64,000 nt of DNA from Paraspadella gotoi (lineage: Eukaryota; Animalia; Chaetognatha): positions 21,732,434 to 21,796,433 of the forward strand of contig CM119269.1 of assembly GCA_051294375.1 (NCBI GenBank), read 5' to 3'. How positions within the stretch are numbered: position 1 is the stretch's first letter; each line of letters starts with the position of its first letter. Both the position numbers and the translations under genes were made by a program. The notes beneath the pieces were generated by a model. That model worked only from the letters and a program-made list of their open reading frames with translations. It was not told the origin of the DNA and searched no databases. Of the stretch, positions 24,521 through 39,100 are shown in pieces.

Positions 24521-26598
24521 ATATCTGAATTCAAAACGAAATCCGTTTGGAAGCAAATCGTTGTTTCACGAAGAAGAAGCTTTTGTGAACGAAGACGAAG
24601 AAAAAGAAGTAGATGGGCTCACATGAGAAAAAAACGAATTTGTGAAAACATTCACAGTTGGCAAATCATAACAGAGAAAAATTCTCACTCGGCGGAGAGA
24701 TAAGAGATCGTGAGAAACTTGCACCGAGCATAAGAGTGAGAGAGAGAGAGAGAAGTGAGAGAGAGTAAGAATAACCGCAAGTAACAATTGCCCACATTCT
24801 CCAATGTGTTTTCGCGGATCAAATCTTTATTCATTTTTGTTTTCACGAGGTTTACGATTTGTAGCCGAACCTTCGCACTCAAGCCAAGATGTGAGAGAGA
24901 GATGAGAAAGAGAGTAGAGAGAAGAGAGAGAGAGACAGGAGAGAGAGAGAGAGAGGAAAGAGACTGCTTTCTTTTTTTTTGCGTTGCCCTCTCTCTCGCT
25001 CTCGCTCCTTCCAAAGAGGGCAAAGCAGACTGGGACGAGGCCCAATATTTGATCAAGCAAGAGCGGAGGACAAGCTTTTCCATCCAGTATGTAGAAATTC
25101 ACAAAATGCAATGTGAATGCTGTCATATTTTCTTCATCCTTTTCTTACTAAAAATAAAGAAAGTAATAAAAAAAAAAAAAATAAACAAAAAATGTTCCTT
25201 TCCTTTTCTAAAACAATTGCATCCTTAATCTTGTCGGGCGTTTTCGTCTGTGAACTCACTGCTCTCTCTCCTCTCTTTCTCTCTCTCTTCCTCCTCCTCA
25301 TCTACCGTTAATCGCCTCTGTTTCTTTTTTTCTTTATTTGTTCCAGTTCGCTCTTCAACGGTTTTCATAGGAGTTATGCTAAGTCTATTCACGTTATCTT
25401 ATCACTTCTCATCGATTCATCCTCATCTCGTCTCTCATCTCTCATATCATCGTCATCATCATCTCTCTCTTCATCATCTCGTCTTCGTCTCTCGGTCTCT
25501 CTCTGTCTGTTTTTTCTCTCGTATTCTCTCTTCCTCGCTCTTCTCACGCTCTCATCTAATCACCGAGTTTAGACTTTTCCTTTGCCGTTTTTCTTTTTCT
25601 TCTCTTTCTTCCCTTCCTCTCATTCATCCCCGCTTCTCTTCTTCTTTTAATATCTCCTCTCCTTCTCTTTTTCTTTTCTTATCTTTCCTCCCTTCCTCCA
25701 TTCATCCCCGCCTTCTCTTCTCTTTTAATATCTCCTCTCTCCTCCTTTTTCTTTTCTTTCTTTCCTCCCTTCTCCATTCATCCCCCGCTTCTCTTCTCTT
25801 TAATATCTCTCTGCCTCTCTTTTTCTTTTCTTTTCTTTCCTCCATTCCTCCATTCATCCCCCTTCTCTTCTCTTTTTATCTCCTCTCTCCTCTCTTTTTC
25901 ATTTTCTTTTCTTTCCTCCCTTCCTCCATTCATCATCCTTCTCTTCTCTTTTCTCCTCTCTCCTCTCTCTTCTTCTTTTCTCTCCTCCTCCTCATCCGCT
26001 CTCTGCCTACTCCCTCTTCCCCTCTCTCACTCTCCCTCACCTTCTCCCTGCCCTTCCCTCCCACCCTCTCTTCCTCCTCCCTCTCCTCCCTCCCCACTCC
26101 CTCTCTCTTTCCCTCCCTCTATTCTTTCACTTCCTTTTCTTCCCTCTCTCCTCTCCTTTACCCTGTCTCTCCTTCCTCTCCCTCTCTCCCTATCTCCCCC
26201 TCACAGCAATAACCATAACTCTGAGAGAGCGGAGTGACCGCCTCACGGTCGAGGACTTTCCCATTCCCTAACGGTTTTTTCTCGTCGACTTGGCTTCGCG
26301 ATCTGAAATGACTCTTCCCGCAGTGGGCATCCGGTTAAGGTGTCGTAGGCGCCCATTGAAATAAGATAATGAATTAAGAAGTTGACAATATCGTATATAT
26401 AATTAACTGTTACAATAACGTGTCAGTGGCAATATAGCCTAAAATTTTTAAGTTAGCATAGTGATGGATGTTTTTATATTTTGTTGTTCCAATTTCCATA
26501 ATAAATTAACCATTTTTTTAGTGGACAAGATATCTTAAATCTACTTTTTTATTGGTTTTCTTAATTTTTAAAAAAAATTAGCCGTTACTATAGGTCAG

Positions 26599-27355
26599 TA
26601 AGCGCGGCGCCAAAATTGACCACTTTTTATAACTTTTAATTCTCTTCAAAAAATTCCTTTTTTCCTTCGTGATTACATAAATCATTTTCAATTGTAACTT
26701 TTTGAATTAGCATTGGGTTGTTGCACTTGAAGCTTTTAAATATTTATTTAATAGAGTATTAAACAAATGACAAAAAATTTTTTTCTTTAAATTAGTTTAA
26801 TTGTAAGACGGGAGATCCATTAAAATAGAGGCTATGAAAAAGGTTAAAATTGAAAGATTAGTATAAATTTTATTAAAATTTTTTGACATAAGAAAATTGG
26901 ACGTTAAAAACAGAAAAAACATTAAAAGAATATCATCATCGATCATCCATCATTGGCTGCGAATTTTATAGTTTTTTAAATTTTATCAATAAAAACAAAA
27001 GAATTTGAATTATTTTGTAAATTGTTTGTCTTGAATTATATTAACCATATCATTCTAAACTTATATTAAAGCCGTTCTATCAGAAATCCATTAAAAAAAA
27101 TTGAAAAAATTCAAAAAAAATTTTTAACCTTTTATATTTTAGGATTAAATAAAATAATCTTTAAAAGAATGCCTTCTACTTTTGCGACTTAATTAATAAT
27201 GAATAACATTTTTTACTACAAATTATTTTATTTTCATGAACTCTTCATAAACTACCATAGCACCTTTATCATTATTTATTTAGACAAACCTCTGTGAGGA
27301 ACTTCTAATGGTTTTATGAACTTATTGCACTGGCATTCCGGACGTATTTACCCTA
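26599..27355. mobile_element. ~757-bp hAT-type insertion (family B) with 8-bp TSD ATAGTCAG
   Basis: Flanks atag(g)tcag at 26590-98 and atagtcag at 27356-63; ends TAAG.../...CCCTA. The homologous copies at ~28520 and ~29810 are empty (ggactgactatagtaa). Confidence 0.7.
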
Positions 27356-28743
27356 ATAGTCAGTCCAGGTTCAGTCCAGTTCAGTCTAGCCTTAAACCTA
27401 TGAAATGGAAGTCGTACGTAATTTGTTGTCTTTAATTTCACTGGTTTTGTTACTCCCTCAGTCATATTACTACTATGCTAGCAGAACAAAGAATTAATTA
27501 TGCAGTATTTTTATATTAAAGGATATCCTTCTCAAATAAAACCTTGTTTTGATTTTTATCAAAATAAAGCTTTCAGAACTGGTTCACTTTAAGCATCTAG
27601 CATTAGACAACTTTTCTTTGTGTACATTTTTAAGGCTATTCTATACCATTTTGAGATTTTTGTTTAGGTTCCAAAGTCCGTTTAGAAAACGTTTAGAGCC
27701 AAAATATTGTTACTTCAAAATGAAAATGTTCTCAGAAAATAAAATTCAGTATTTAGTTTTTTACCATTTTGGTATTTAGTTTTTGTTTTTTATTTTTCGA
27801 ATATAGAGTCTAGATTTATATTTTTTTTTAAATTTTTATTTAATTTTGCGTAGAAGGAGGTCTATTGCCCACCTTTTTATAATGGGTTCAAAAAAGAAGT
27901 TCACTATTTGAGCTCTTAAAAAAAGAGGGTGTAGTAAGAGACTGACCACGCTACTCTGTTCATCATACATGGGCTAATAAAAAATTTGCTGTGGTAATTA
28001 AGAGTATGTGGAATTGAATATTTTTCACTGTCATGACTCTCTCGTCATTTGCTTAGTATGAGTTGCCATTGTCCCATATGGAGAAAATTGTAAGAGCTCC
28101 AGTAGTCAATTGGCGATGAAAGGCCATACCAAATATTGAGAATTTTTACCATGTTTTGTATACTTCATTAATAACAGAATTATGTTATATACTTTTTTCC
28201 TAGATAGTAAATAAAACATTACCTAATTGATTTTAGCCGCTTTTTTTAAGAACTGAAAAAAAATTTTGCGCTTAAAACCTAAACTAATTAATTTGAATAT
28301 TTTTCTTCAAAAAGTGCAACCCCTAAGGCAATTCAATGTAGATTTAAAAACATTCTGATTTTTTTTAAAATCAAACAAGTTTTTGAGAAGGTATCCTTTA
28401 TTAAAAATGTCATATACTTTTTTCCTAGATAGTAGTTAAATGAAATGGGTACAACCATGATTCAAATTATCCTTCCATTCAATAGGTTTAGGCTAGACTG
28501 ACTGGACTGAACTGGACTGACTATAGTAATGGCTAATTTTTTTTAAAAAATTAAGAAAACCAATAAAAAAGTAGATTTAAGATATTTTGTCCCTAAAAAA
28601 TGGTTAATTTATTAATGAAATTGGAACAACAAATATAAAAAACATCCATCACTACTAAAATTTTAGGCTATATTGCCACTGACACGTTATTGTAACAGCT
28701 AATTATATATAATGTAACTTTAATTCATTATCTTATTTCAAAA

Positions 28744-28896
28744 ATGGGCGCCTACGACACCTTAACCGGATGTCCCACTGCGGGAAGAGTCATTTCAGAT
28801 CCGAAGCCAAGTCGACGAGAAAAAACCGTTAGGGAATGGGAAAAGTCTCTCGACCGTGAGGCGGTCACTCGCTCTCTCAGAGTTATGGTTATTGCT
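28744..28896 (+). CDS. Putative first exon of a small unknown gene (copies at 30029-30178 + and 26206-26357 -)
   Basis: caaaaATGG start, 51 open codons MGAYDTLTGC...LRVMVIA, then a GTGAGG donor; candidate in-frame second exon at 30764-30795 (EKSKLGDRMR). No homology recognised. Confidence 0.35.
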
Positions 28897-29429
28897 GTGA
28901 GGGGGGAGATAGGGAGAGAGGGAGAGGAAGGAGAGACAGGGTAAAGGAGAGGAGAGAGGGAAGAAAAGGAAGTGAAAGATAGAAGAGGAGGGAAAAGGAG
29001 AGAGCGGAGCTGCGTGGCAGGGAGAAGGGAGCGAGTGAGAGAGGGTGAGGGAGGGTGAGGGAGAGGAGAGCGAAGAGGCGCGAGTAGCGCGAGGAGAGGC
29101 CGGAGGCGGACAGAAAAGAGGTGAGAGAGGACGAGAGGATGATGGAATGGAGGAAGGGAGGAAGAAAGAAAAAAAAAGAGAGGCGAGAAAAGGAGCGTAT
29201 AAAAGAGAGAAGAGACAGGGGGAGAATGGAGGAATGGAGCGAAAGAAAAGAAAACGAAAAAGACGAGAGATATAAAAAGAGAAGGAGAAGCGGGGCGCAA
29301 GAATGGGAAAGTGCGAGGAAAGAAAAGAAAAGAAAAAGAGAGGAGAGAGGAGATATTAAAAGAGAAGAGAAGCGGGGGATGAATGGAGGAAGGGAGGAAA
29401 NNNNNNNNNNNNNNNNNNNNNNNNNGGCC

Positions 29430-30810
29430 TTTACCAAATTAAAAAAAATTTAAAATAACTAACTCTATTCGAAATAAAAACAAACAACTAAATACCAAAA
29501 TGGTAGAAACTAAATATGATTTTTTTTTACATTTTTATTTGAAGTAACAATATTTTTTTGCCTCTAACTTCTAAACGATTTGACCTACCAAAAAAAGGAA
29601 TAAAGCTAATGAAAGAAATTCAATATAGATTTAAAAACATTCTGATTTTTTTTTTAAATCAAACAAGTTTTTGAGTAGATATCCTTTATTAAAAATGACA
29701 TATACTTTTTTCCTAGATAGTAGTTAAATGAAATGGGTACAACCATGATTCAAATTATCCTTCCATTCAATAGGTTTAGGCTAGACTGACTGGACTGAAC
29801 TGGACTGACTGTAGTAACGGCTAATTTTTTTTAAAAATTAAGAAACCAATAAAAAAGTAGATTTAAGATATTTTGTCCCTAAAAAAAATGGTTAATTTAT
29901 TATGAAATTGGAACAACAAATATAAAACATCCATCACTACTAAAATTTTAGGCTATATTGCCACTGACACGTTATTGTAACAGTTAATTATATATAATGT
30001 AACTTTTAATTCATTATCTATTTCAAAAATGGCGCTACGACACCTTAACCGGATGTCCACTGCGGGAAGAGTCATTTCAGATCCGAAGCCAAGTCGACGA
30101 GAAAAAACCGTTAGGGAATGGGAAAAGTCTCTCGACCGTGAGGCGGTCACTCGCTCTCTCAGAGTTATGGTTATTGCTGTGAGGGGGGAGATAGGGAGAG
30201 AGGGAGAGGAAGGAGAGACAGGGTAAAGGAGAGGAGAGAGGAAGAAAAGGAAGTGAAAGATAGAAGAGGAGGAAAGGGAGAGGGGAGTGGGGCAGGGAGA
30301 AGGGAGGAGTGAGAGAGGGTGAGGAGGGTGAGGGAGGAGGAGAGCGAAGAGGGGAGTAGGCAGAGGAGAGGGGAGGGAGAAAAGAGGTGAGAGAGGAGAG
30401 GATGGATGAATGGAGGAAGGGAGGAAAGAAAAGAAAAGAAAAAGAGAGGAGAAAGGAGGTATAAAAAGAGAAGAGAAGTGGGGATGATGGAGGAATGGAG
30501 GAAAGAAAAGAAAAGAAAAAGAGAGGAGATATTAAAAGAGAAGAGAAGCGGGGGATGAATGGAGAAATGGAGGAAAGAAAAGAAAAGAAAAAGAGAGGAG
30601 AGAGGAGATATTAAAAGAGAAGAGAAGCGGGGGATGAATGGAGGAAGGGAGGAAAAGATAAGAAAAGAAAAAGAGAGGAGAGAAGAGATATTAAAAGAGA
30701 AGAGAAGCGGGGGATGAATGGAGGAAGGGAAGAAGAAAAGAAAAGAAAAAGAAAACGGCAAAGGAAAAGTCTAAACTCGGTGATAGGATGAGAGCGTGAG
30801 AGATCGCGGA

Positions 30811-30886
<76 letters not shown>

Positions 30887-31158
30887 GTTCATACAGCTGA
30901 CGAAGAAAACGAGTCGCTGCCAGAACCAAGATTAAGGATGCAATTGTTTAGAAAAGGAAAGGAACTTTTCTTTCTATTTTTTAGTAAAGCAAAAATGAAG
31001 AAAATATGACAGCATCACTGGCAATATTTGTGAATTTCACATACTGGATGGAAAAAGCTTTCCTCCGCTCTTGCTTGATCAAATATTGGGCCTCGTCCAG
31101 TTGCTTGCCCCTTGGAAGGAGCGAGAGCGAGAGAGAGGCAACGCAAAAAAAAGAACAG

Positions 31159-31215
<57 letters not shown>

Positions 31216-33170
31216 CTTCTCGGCTTGAGTGCGAGTTGCGGCTACAAATCGTAAACTCGTGAAAACAAAATGAATAAAAGATTTGATCCGCGGAAAAAAC
31301 ACATTGGAGATGTGGCATTGTTACTTGCGGTTTATCTCTCTCACTCTCTCTCACTCTCTCTCTCTCTCACTCTTATGCTCGGTGCCAGTTTTCTCACGCT
31401 CTCTTATCTCTCCGCCGAGTGAGATTTTTCTCTGTTATGATTTGCCAACTGTGAATGTTTTCACAAATTCGTTTTTTTCCCTGTGAGCCCATCTACTTCT
31501 TTTTCTTCGTCTTCGTTCACAAAAAGCTTCTTCTTCGTGAAAACACGATTTGCTTCCAAACGGATTTCGTTTTGAATTCAGATATTAGAACGCCCAATTT
31601 CTGGGCTCTCTTTTCCCAGAGCGCCCCATTTCTGGTCTCCCGTTTCCCAGAGAACATCATTTCTGGGCTCTTTTTTCCCAGAGCGCCCCATTTCTGGGCT
31701 CTCTTTTCCTAGAACGCCCCATTTCTGGGCTGTTTTTTCCCAGAGCGCCTCATTTCTGGGCTTTTTTTTCCCATAGGGCACCATTTCTTGGCTTCTTCTT
31801 CCCTGAGCGCCCCATTTCTGTGCTTTTTTTTCCAGAGCGTCTCATTTCTGTTACTTTATCCCAATATTTAATTTTAACTAATCTCTAATCATTAACCTTA
31901 ATCCCAATCCCTAACCTAATCCTAAACCTTAAATCTAATTCCTTATCCCTAAATACTAACCTTAAGGCCTAACCTTAATTATTAATTAATTAATCGCTAA
32001 ACTAATCCGTAATCAAATAATTGACTTTAATTTTTATCTTAAATTATTATTATATTTTTTATTTTAAATTACAACATTGACAGAACTCCTTAAACTTTTA
32101 CCACCCTGCCACGATGCTATGCTGTCAGCAAGACAATCTTAAAATCCTCAAAAATCAATATTGAAAGAGGATTGGCCGCTGAAAAGTTCACAAACACATG
32201 ACTCCTTTTAAAACAGTTGAAGAATTGGGCATTGCAGTAGAGAGAGAATGGGCAGTAGGGTGAAGTGAAAGTTTGGAATCAAAATTTAGCAGTTATATCT
32301 TGAAAACTATCATATTAGTAAATACTAATCTGTAATTATTTTTCTTTTTTTACAAATTTCAAAATATTTTTTTTTAAATTCTGAAAACAGATTCAGAAAA
32401 TATAAATCTTTTTTCAAAAATTATGTTATTAAATAGGTTAAAATTATAAAAACTATATTGTAAAGTTTGAAATTGAAAATCAATGTCTTAAATATAGTTT
32501 TTAACTTTTTCAACCAACTTAATGAAAGAATTTTTTTTTAAAAATTATAATTTCTTATATCAATATCTTATATTTAAAAATTAGCAATTTGAAATTTTAG
32601 CTTATTATACACTTATTACTATATATAAATATAGATCACTGGTGCCTACTAATGTATTTTTATTTTTATTGTTTTTTATTTTCATATTTTATATGCTAAA
32701 TTTTAATTTTCTAAAAGTTTATCATTTTCACATCACTTTAATGGGCAGTCCCTAGTATGTATGTAAATTGCAATGAAGAATTTTTTATTAAATTTGAATG
32801 TAAAGAAGACCCTAAAGATCTAGATAAAAATATGAAAAAAATATAAATAAAATATTATAACTATTTGTCATAAATCATAATATTTATTTAAAATCACATT
32901 TACATATATATTTCTTTTTAGCGCGACTTTTGCTTAAAGAGGAAAAACAGTCGACGTCGTTTGAGACTCAATGGAATTAAAAAGGAGGAAGAGAAAAGAA
33001 GAGGAATTAAAGAGAATAAAGACGAGCGAGATAGAGATAGAGTTAAGTGTATTAGAGACAGAGAGGACAGAAAAAAGGATAGCGAGAAAAAAAGAAAATA
33101 GGATAGAAAAAACAGAAAGAAAAAGAAGGAAAGAAAGAAAGAAAGAAAGAAAAAAAAAGAAAGAAAGAAT
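29430..33170. repeat. Right arm (proximal part) of the large inverted duplication
   Basis: Reverse complement of ~22800-27850 without the 26599-27355 insertion; 28380-29400 is an extra direct copy of ~29630-30740. Confidence 0.9.
32256..32740. mobile_element. hAT-type MITE family A (485 bp) with perfect 8-bp TSD
   Basis: ATGGGCAG|TAGGGTGAAGTGAAA ... TTTCACATCACTTTA|ATGGGCAG; imperfect 15-bp TIR; TSD fits the hAT NTNNNNAN target consensus. Confidence 0.88.
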
Positions 33171-36100
33171 ATATATATATATATTATTATTATTATATAT
33201 TATATTATTTATATATTATATATTTGTGTATATGTAGTAGAGTGTTATACTGATTGTCTGTCTCGCTGGCGTTATCTCGTGTATGCTTAGAGACAGTTCA
33301 TATACTCACCATGTTTTTCAATTAGCGCTTATAATAGTTTTTCACTTCATTGCATTGTTTGCACGTTTCCACATCTTTCGACGCCATAAATAAAAACATA
33401 TCATATATAAGGGCAATGATAAGCTATAGCCATGTATTGGAGAAGGAGAGTCGTAATCGTATGGCGAGAGTCACAGATAAATGCCACTGTATGTTACCCG
33501 AGCATCACAGCATAATCATATATAACCTACATCGTTAAAAGTACGATACATATAGATAGAGACTATATATATCCTATCTATGTCTCGTGTATGTGTATTA
33601 TCTCCAAGATGTGTACAAGACACAAAGATCTAAGAGTGTACTAAACTACGAGCGCGAGTGCACTAGCAATGGGGGAGACGTGCAGACTGGTGCTCTCGCG
33701 AGGTCAAATCTAGAAAGAGTGATCACATGTTAAGATGTTGATCCTCAGGTACACTGAGTGGTCTATTATCTCTCTGCTCATCGTATTCGAGACGGCTCTT
33801 TTTTCGCGGATACGAGGAAGAGTGATAGGCCACAGGAAATCACAGTACCAGATTATGGAGTGAGCGCGAGACCTGGGTAGGCGGATGAGAGACCGAGGAG
33901 GGTCTTCTTGGAATTGGAAGTCAACAGGATATATCTGCGCGAGAACGCAAGTGATTAACGTCTTATCTATAATCTTTGAGGCTATTTCATCAACGGACGA
34001 AACACCAAGATCCATGTGCAAAAAAAGTGGTATCCGCGGACCCAAAGCTTTAAATTGTCTCAGTAGCATGCGATATCACACACCCAGTCACATCACAGAA
34101 ATTCGTGTCGTATTAAAACTGTAGGCCATCCGTTTAAGAATGATTGTCTTATTATTTTGTAATGTTTTTACAAAATTAAGTACTCTTACCAATATAATAA
34201 AATAAATATATATGTGAGTAGATTTAAGTATGTATATATTCACTTTTATTCTTGGAGTATAAGTGTTATTACTTTACAATACTTATTAGTTATTTTAAGT
34301 AGAATTTTGAGAGTAACTCGATTATTATAATATTATTATATATAGAGACATTGTCAGCGTTGTCCACTTCCAGATAATTGTAATATGTGTATTATAGCTC
34401 TGATTTTATTAGAGACTTAGTCCTAATTATCATTCTTAGGGTTATTTTGTAGGCAATATTTATAATCACCTTTTTCGAGTTCGTCCCATTTTGTAAATAT
34501 ATATCTTATATATTCCGAGGAACAGTGAGAAATAAAATGATCGAAAATACTGTGGCGATAAATTATCCTGATATAGGCGACTTCCAGATTTTGGTACATT
34601 GATAAAAAAAATTGCCGGACATTTTTGATTAATTTTTCAATTCCAGATTAGATCCAGGCTTGCTTACTTTCTAGCCTACTGTAAGTGTGCATGCATCAAT
34701 GGGCATGGACGAAAGTTTGCAAATAATTTTTTAATTTAAGATAGAACCTTGCCTGTTAATAGTGGAGATGATATTTTTATAAAAAAAAATGAAATGTTTT
34801 TAAAAAATGTTTTGGTTTTATATTTACACGTATATAGAATATAAGGAATATTTGGAATATATGTCGGATGGGCAATCTGAATGTTAAGAATTTTACGTTT
34901 CACATACCGCAAAGAACTAGCCTTTCCCCTATTTAGATTTTGGAAACAGTCAAGTTTAAAAAACGTCATAATCTCCCTAAACCACTTGAACCGATTATAA
35001 TAAAATTTAGAACTTATTTGATTTTTTTTTTATTTATTTTTATGAAATTGGTAAACCAAGTATAAGAAAAATTATCCAGTTGCATTGTGCATAAATCAGC
35101 TAATCTTGTCCCTGAACTTTGGACGAGGCTTTATATAGCACTTTTTAAACAATGTTGTTTAATAGAAGGTCTGGTTAATAGAAGTGGCTCTTTATTGTTT
35201 TCACAAGAAAGTGTAGCACTGTACAGATAAAAGATAAACATTTGATTCGAAGGATCAGGAGCGCCGGAAGTGGTAAGTTGGAAAAATGCGATAAGGCTGT
35301 TTGTTCTCACGCAAATAAGGAGCCGCGCGCTCAAAAAACATAATAAACGTTGAATTTCTTCTGAGGCTTTAGATTTAGAAAGTTGGCTTCTCTAAAGGCT
35401 GAGCAGCAAGCGTGCAAAATCAGAACGCGGTCTTTTTTCCGAAATTAATTCTCTCTCTCTCTTCTGCTCGTCTGTCTGCTCTCGTCTCTCTGTCTTCTCT
35501 CCCTCCTCTCGTCTCGTCTCTTCTCTCTTCTTCTCTTCTCATTCTCTTTCATATATATATATATAAGTACCTGGGGCTGCAAGAATCCGAACCAGACTTA
35601 GCTGAGGCAGTAAGTTTTGTTCTTTTCTTGGAAGATGTGTTTCAAGGGTGGTTGAAACCATTCTGCATCCGCGTTTCGAGGATTCGTCACCATTGAAGTG
35701 AAATACTTTTTAACAGATATTTGCTAAATTCGTCTTTCTTTACTCTTTCTTTAAAATTGTCTTCTTGTTTATTGTTTCCATCCTTCCTCGTTTTAATAAA
35801 TTTTCTCTGTCTTTGTTTTGTCTCGCTTTGTTTGTTTGTTGTTTGTTTATTTGTTTCTTCTTTCTTATCTTGTCTTTTAGTGCTTCTGACGGAAGTGTCT
35901 TTCCTTTTCTGTTTCTTCGTCTTAATCTGTTCTTTCTTTCTATTGTGTTCTCTTTCCTTGCTTATCTTTCTTTCTCTCATCTTTTCATTGTCTTTTTTCC
36001 TTTATTTTTATGTGCTATATATACTCTCTCTCTCCGATTCTTTCCCGTCCCGCTCCTTATTCTAGGTCTCTCCCGTTCCTCTGTCTTCTCGTTCTGCCGA

Positions 36101-39100
36101 GTCCCTCTGTTCCTAAATTTCTCTCTCAATTCAATCGAGAAGAGATGTTGTTGCTGTTATGTTATCTTTGTCTCCGGTTCTTCTCTCCTGTTCGCTCTCT
36201 CTCTCTTCACTTGAGTTGCTCGGCTCTTTCCTTCCCTCACCAGGCCTAGTCTCTTCTTCCTCTCCTGCTCCTCTCTTCTCGCTTCTCGCTCATCCTCTCA
36301 CGCGTCTCTCTCTAGTCGTGCTCGGCTTCTGTATTCCTCTCTCAACGTCAGGCATTCTGTATTCTCGTTTCGCTACTCTTCTCCATCTTTATTTGGTCCA
36401 TTCCTCTCTCCTCTTAATGTCCACCAGATCTTCTTCTCCACCACGTTAACAAGTACTCTGTCTCTTCAGCTCTTTCTCCATCTCTGAATTTTCTCATCTC
36501 CGCTCTCTCAGTTCTCCTCTTCTCTCTATCGTCTTCACCTTCGTAATGCAGGAAGTACGAATCCTTCCTATAATTATGTTTCATCTGCGTTCTGTCGGAC
36601 AAAGAACGATTTGGAAATGTTATGATTTGTATTCAAGCAAAGACAATAAGGTCCGATTGCTCATTAAGGCGAACGGCAAACCGCGATGTGCGCTCTCACA
36701 GCATTTGTTCGGCGCTCACGGTTCTGGTAGACCTTACGCGGCGCTTTCCGAACGTCCACGATTCACGAGGATGGTGCGTGCGGCCGGATATTGGAGGGCG
36801 CACACAATTGCGAAGTGACGCGTATTTTCAACTCCGACCTGACGCACCCGCCTGGTCGGAATTGTAAAAATGGGGGCCCTGAGAGATTCCCGGAATCTCC
36901 TCAGCTGCGAAAAGGTGAAGAAAGACTGAATAATTGAGCGATTAACACAAGAGCAATTTAAATTTATTGATTGTCCTGTTGTTTTGTCAGTCTGCTTAGA
37001 ATGCCGGACTTCTAACCCGGTTAGTGACCGTCTCGTTTCGAGCGCCTTGCTTGCATTCTTTCGCTATCTCCTCTTCATTCTTTCACTATGTCGCTCTTCA
37101 TTCTTGTCCTGATCTCACTCTTCATTCTTCTATCTCCTCTTCATTCTTTCTCTATCATAATCAATAGTAAATATGAAACATATGCCAATACCAATATTCC
37201 CAATATTCAAGGATCATCTTCTTTTTCACTTTGGTTTATCAGTTTAAGTTTCAGAACGCCGGGTCATGAACCTTACTTTCCTCCTTTTTTTTTTCTCATA
37301 TACTCTGTCTTCTCTGGCTGACTTTAGACCTATCTATATTTCTTAAGAACTCCCTATCCTAACTTTGCATGAGTCCCGCCCATACATAACTTTAAACTTT
37401 ATATTTGCTTATGCACACGTAAGTCATGTTCGATAGTAAAGTAGCATACTTCTCAAAATCTTGCACACTCTCTCGAGCATGAGCGTGGCTTTGGGTCTTG
37501 GGTCCTATTCAAAAATGTGCTTGCGCCGTCGAATTTCTTTGGTTTTACTTAAGGTTGTGACTGCTCTTTTATCTTATTGTTTACTCTCTGCTCTGTATGT
37601 TTTGAGCCTTAACACTCTGTACGGCAGCCATTATCTGCGCGTGGCTTCGGTTTCTGTCCGGCTTTTCTCGTTAGCGCTCGGTTGTTTAACATCTCAGCGT
37701 TCTGTTGTCCTTTCTTGGGGTCTGTCTCTCACTTACGATCTTTTTAATAACACTGTCTAATGCAAAATTTATGAGCGCTCTACCTATGTTGACTGCTTCT
37801 CGATATTGCTTCCAATTCTGTTAATGAACTGCGCTAGATGAGTAACACCTTTAGACATTCCTAAAAATCACTCTAGCTTAATATAATCACACCATATTTA
37901 GAGTGTTTTGCATGCTCTAGCGCATAGTCCGATACTGTCATTGTGATGGGCCGCTCCATTCGTTCCATTATCCATTAAGTTTGCCGCTTATCGGGTCGTA
38001 TTTAATCCATTCACTGATTAGCACATTAAGACATAAACTCCTCTCGTTCTGATAAGGCATGTCACTGTCGTATCCCTTTTCCTGCGCACAACATCTCTCA
38101 CCTCAATTTGACCATTTCTCTTACCCTTTTCGCTCGCTCTCTTATGTTTTTTTATAGCAAATCTAAGCATGTATTTTTATTCAGTTTCTCATCTGCACAT
38201 CGTTCTTCTTTGTTTCTCTCTGGCTTTATCTTTTTAGTCGCTACCTCTCTAGTTTTAGAATTACGCTCTCTATAAACCCTCTCGTTACTTTACTCTATTG
38301 TTTACCTATTATCTCACTTATGTGTTAGCAAGCCCCTCTCGTACCTTTCCGGCATAATCTTTTTGGCTGCCTTTAGCCCCATCTACACTCCCTCATCGGA
38401 ATACTGCATAACTCTATATATATCACATCTGTCTTAAAAACACTATGTTGCTTACAATCCGGTGGATCAATAACTACCAGTACACGATAATATCGCTGAG
38501 GCCTCGAGCATTTTAAAACCTACACAGTACTTAAAAAATCATCGGCAACTACGATTGGACACTTACACCAATTTGTCTCTTACTAGACTCGCTATAAAAA
38601 TACTGTAAATATTTTCTTTCTTTCTTTCACCTTCTCTTCCTAATATGCTCTCTTTATAATCACTTTACTATCCTCAATCTGATTTTTAAGTCAGCTTAAT
38701 CGTTCAACTGTTGCAAACGTTACCCCTCCTCAGGCTCCGATCTGCTCAGATAATGCTGTCTAGCTCTACCCTTAAACGGTTCTTTCTGTCAACCCAGGTT
38801 CGCCGTTGCTTCGACGCCGGTACCGTTTCTTCTTATCGCATCGGTTCCGCTCGAAGAGCAGAGAGTCTCGCGAGACCCATTTCCAGACGACGATTCTGCC
38901 GGATCACTCGTTATTCTCTCTCTGCTAGCCTTCTTTCTACCTCCTTTTGTCGTCTTCACATTTCCTGTTCCTTCCTTCTCTGTTCCTTCCGTCTTCCCTT
39001 GCTCCTCTCCCTTTTTGCTCTTTCCGTCACCCGATCTTCTTCTCCTTTTCCCTCCTTTCCATTCTTCTCTCTGATTTCTCTTCATCAGTCGAGCGTGCTC

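Larger units (their letters stand above)
18300..27850. repeat. Left arm of a large inverted duplication
   Basis: Reverse-complement matches: 18300-21490 to 44799-47738, ~21600-22465 to 42456-43200, ~22800-27850 to 29430-33170. This arm is insertion-rich like an uncorrected read. Confidence 0.9.

Noticed and set aside
25250-26212. 320-aa Ser/Leu/Phe-rich ORF and many similar ORFs
   Set aside because: Pure pyrimidine or purine tracts rarely contain stop codons, so these ORFs are expected by composition.
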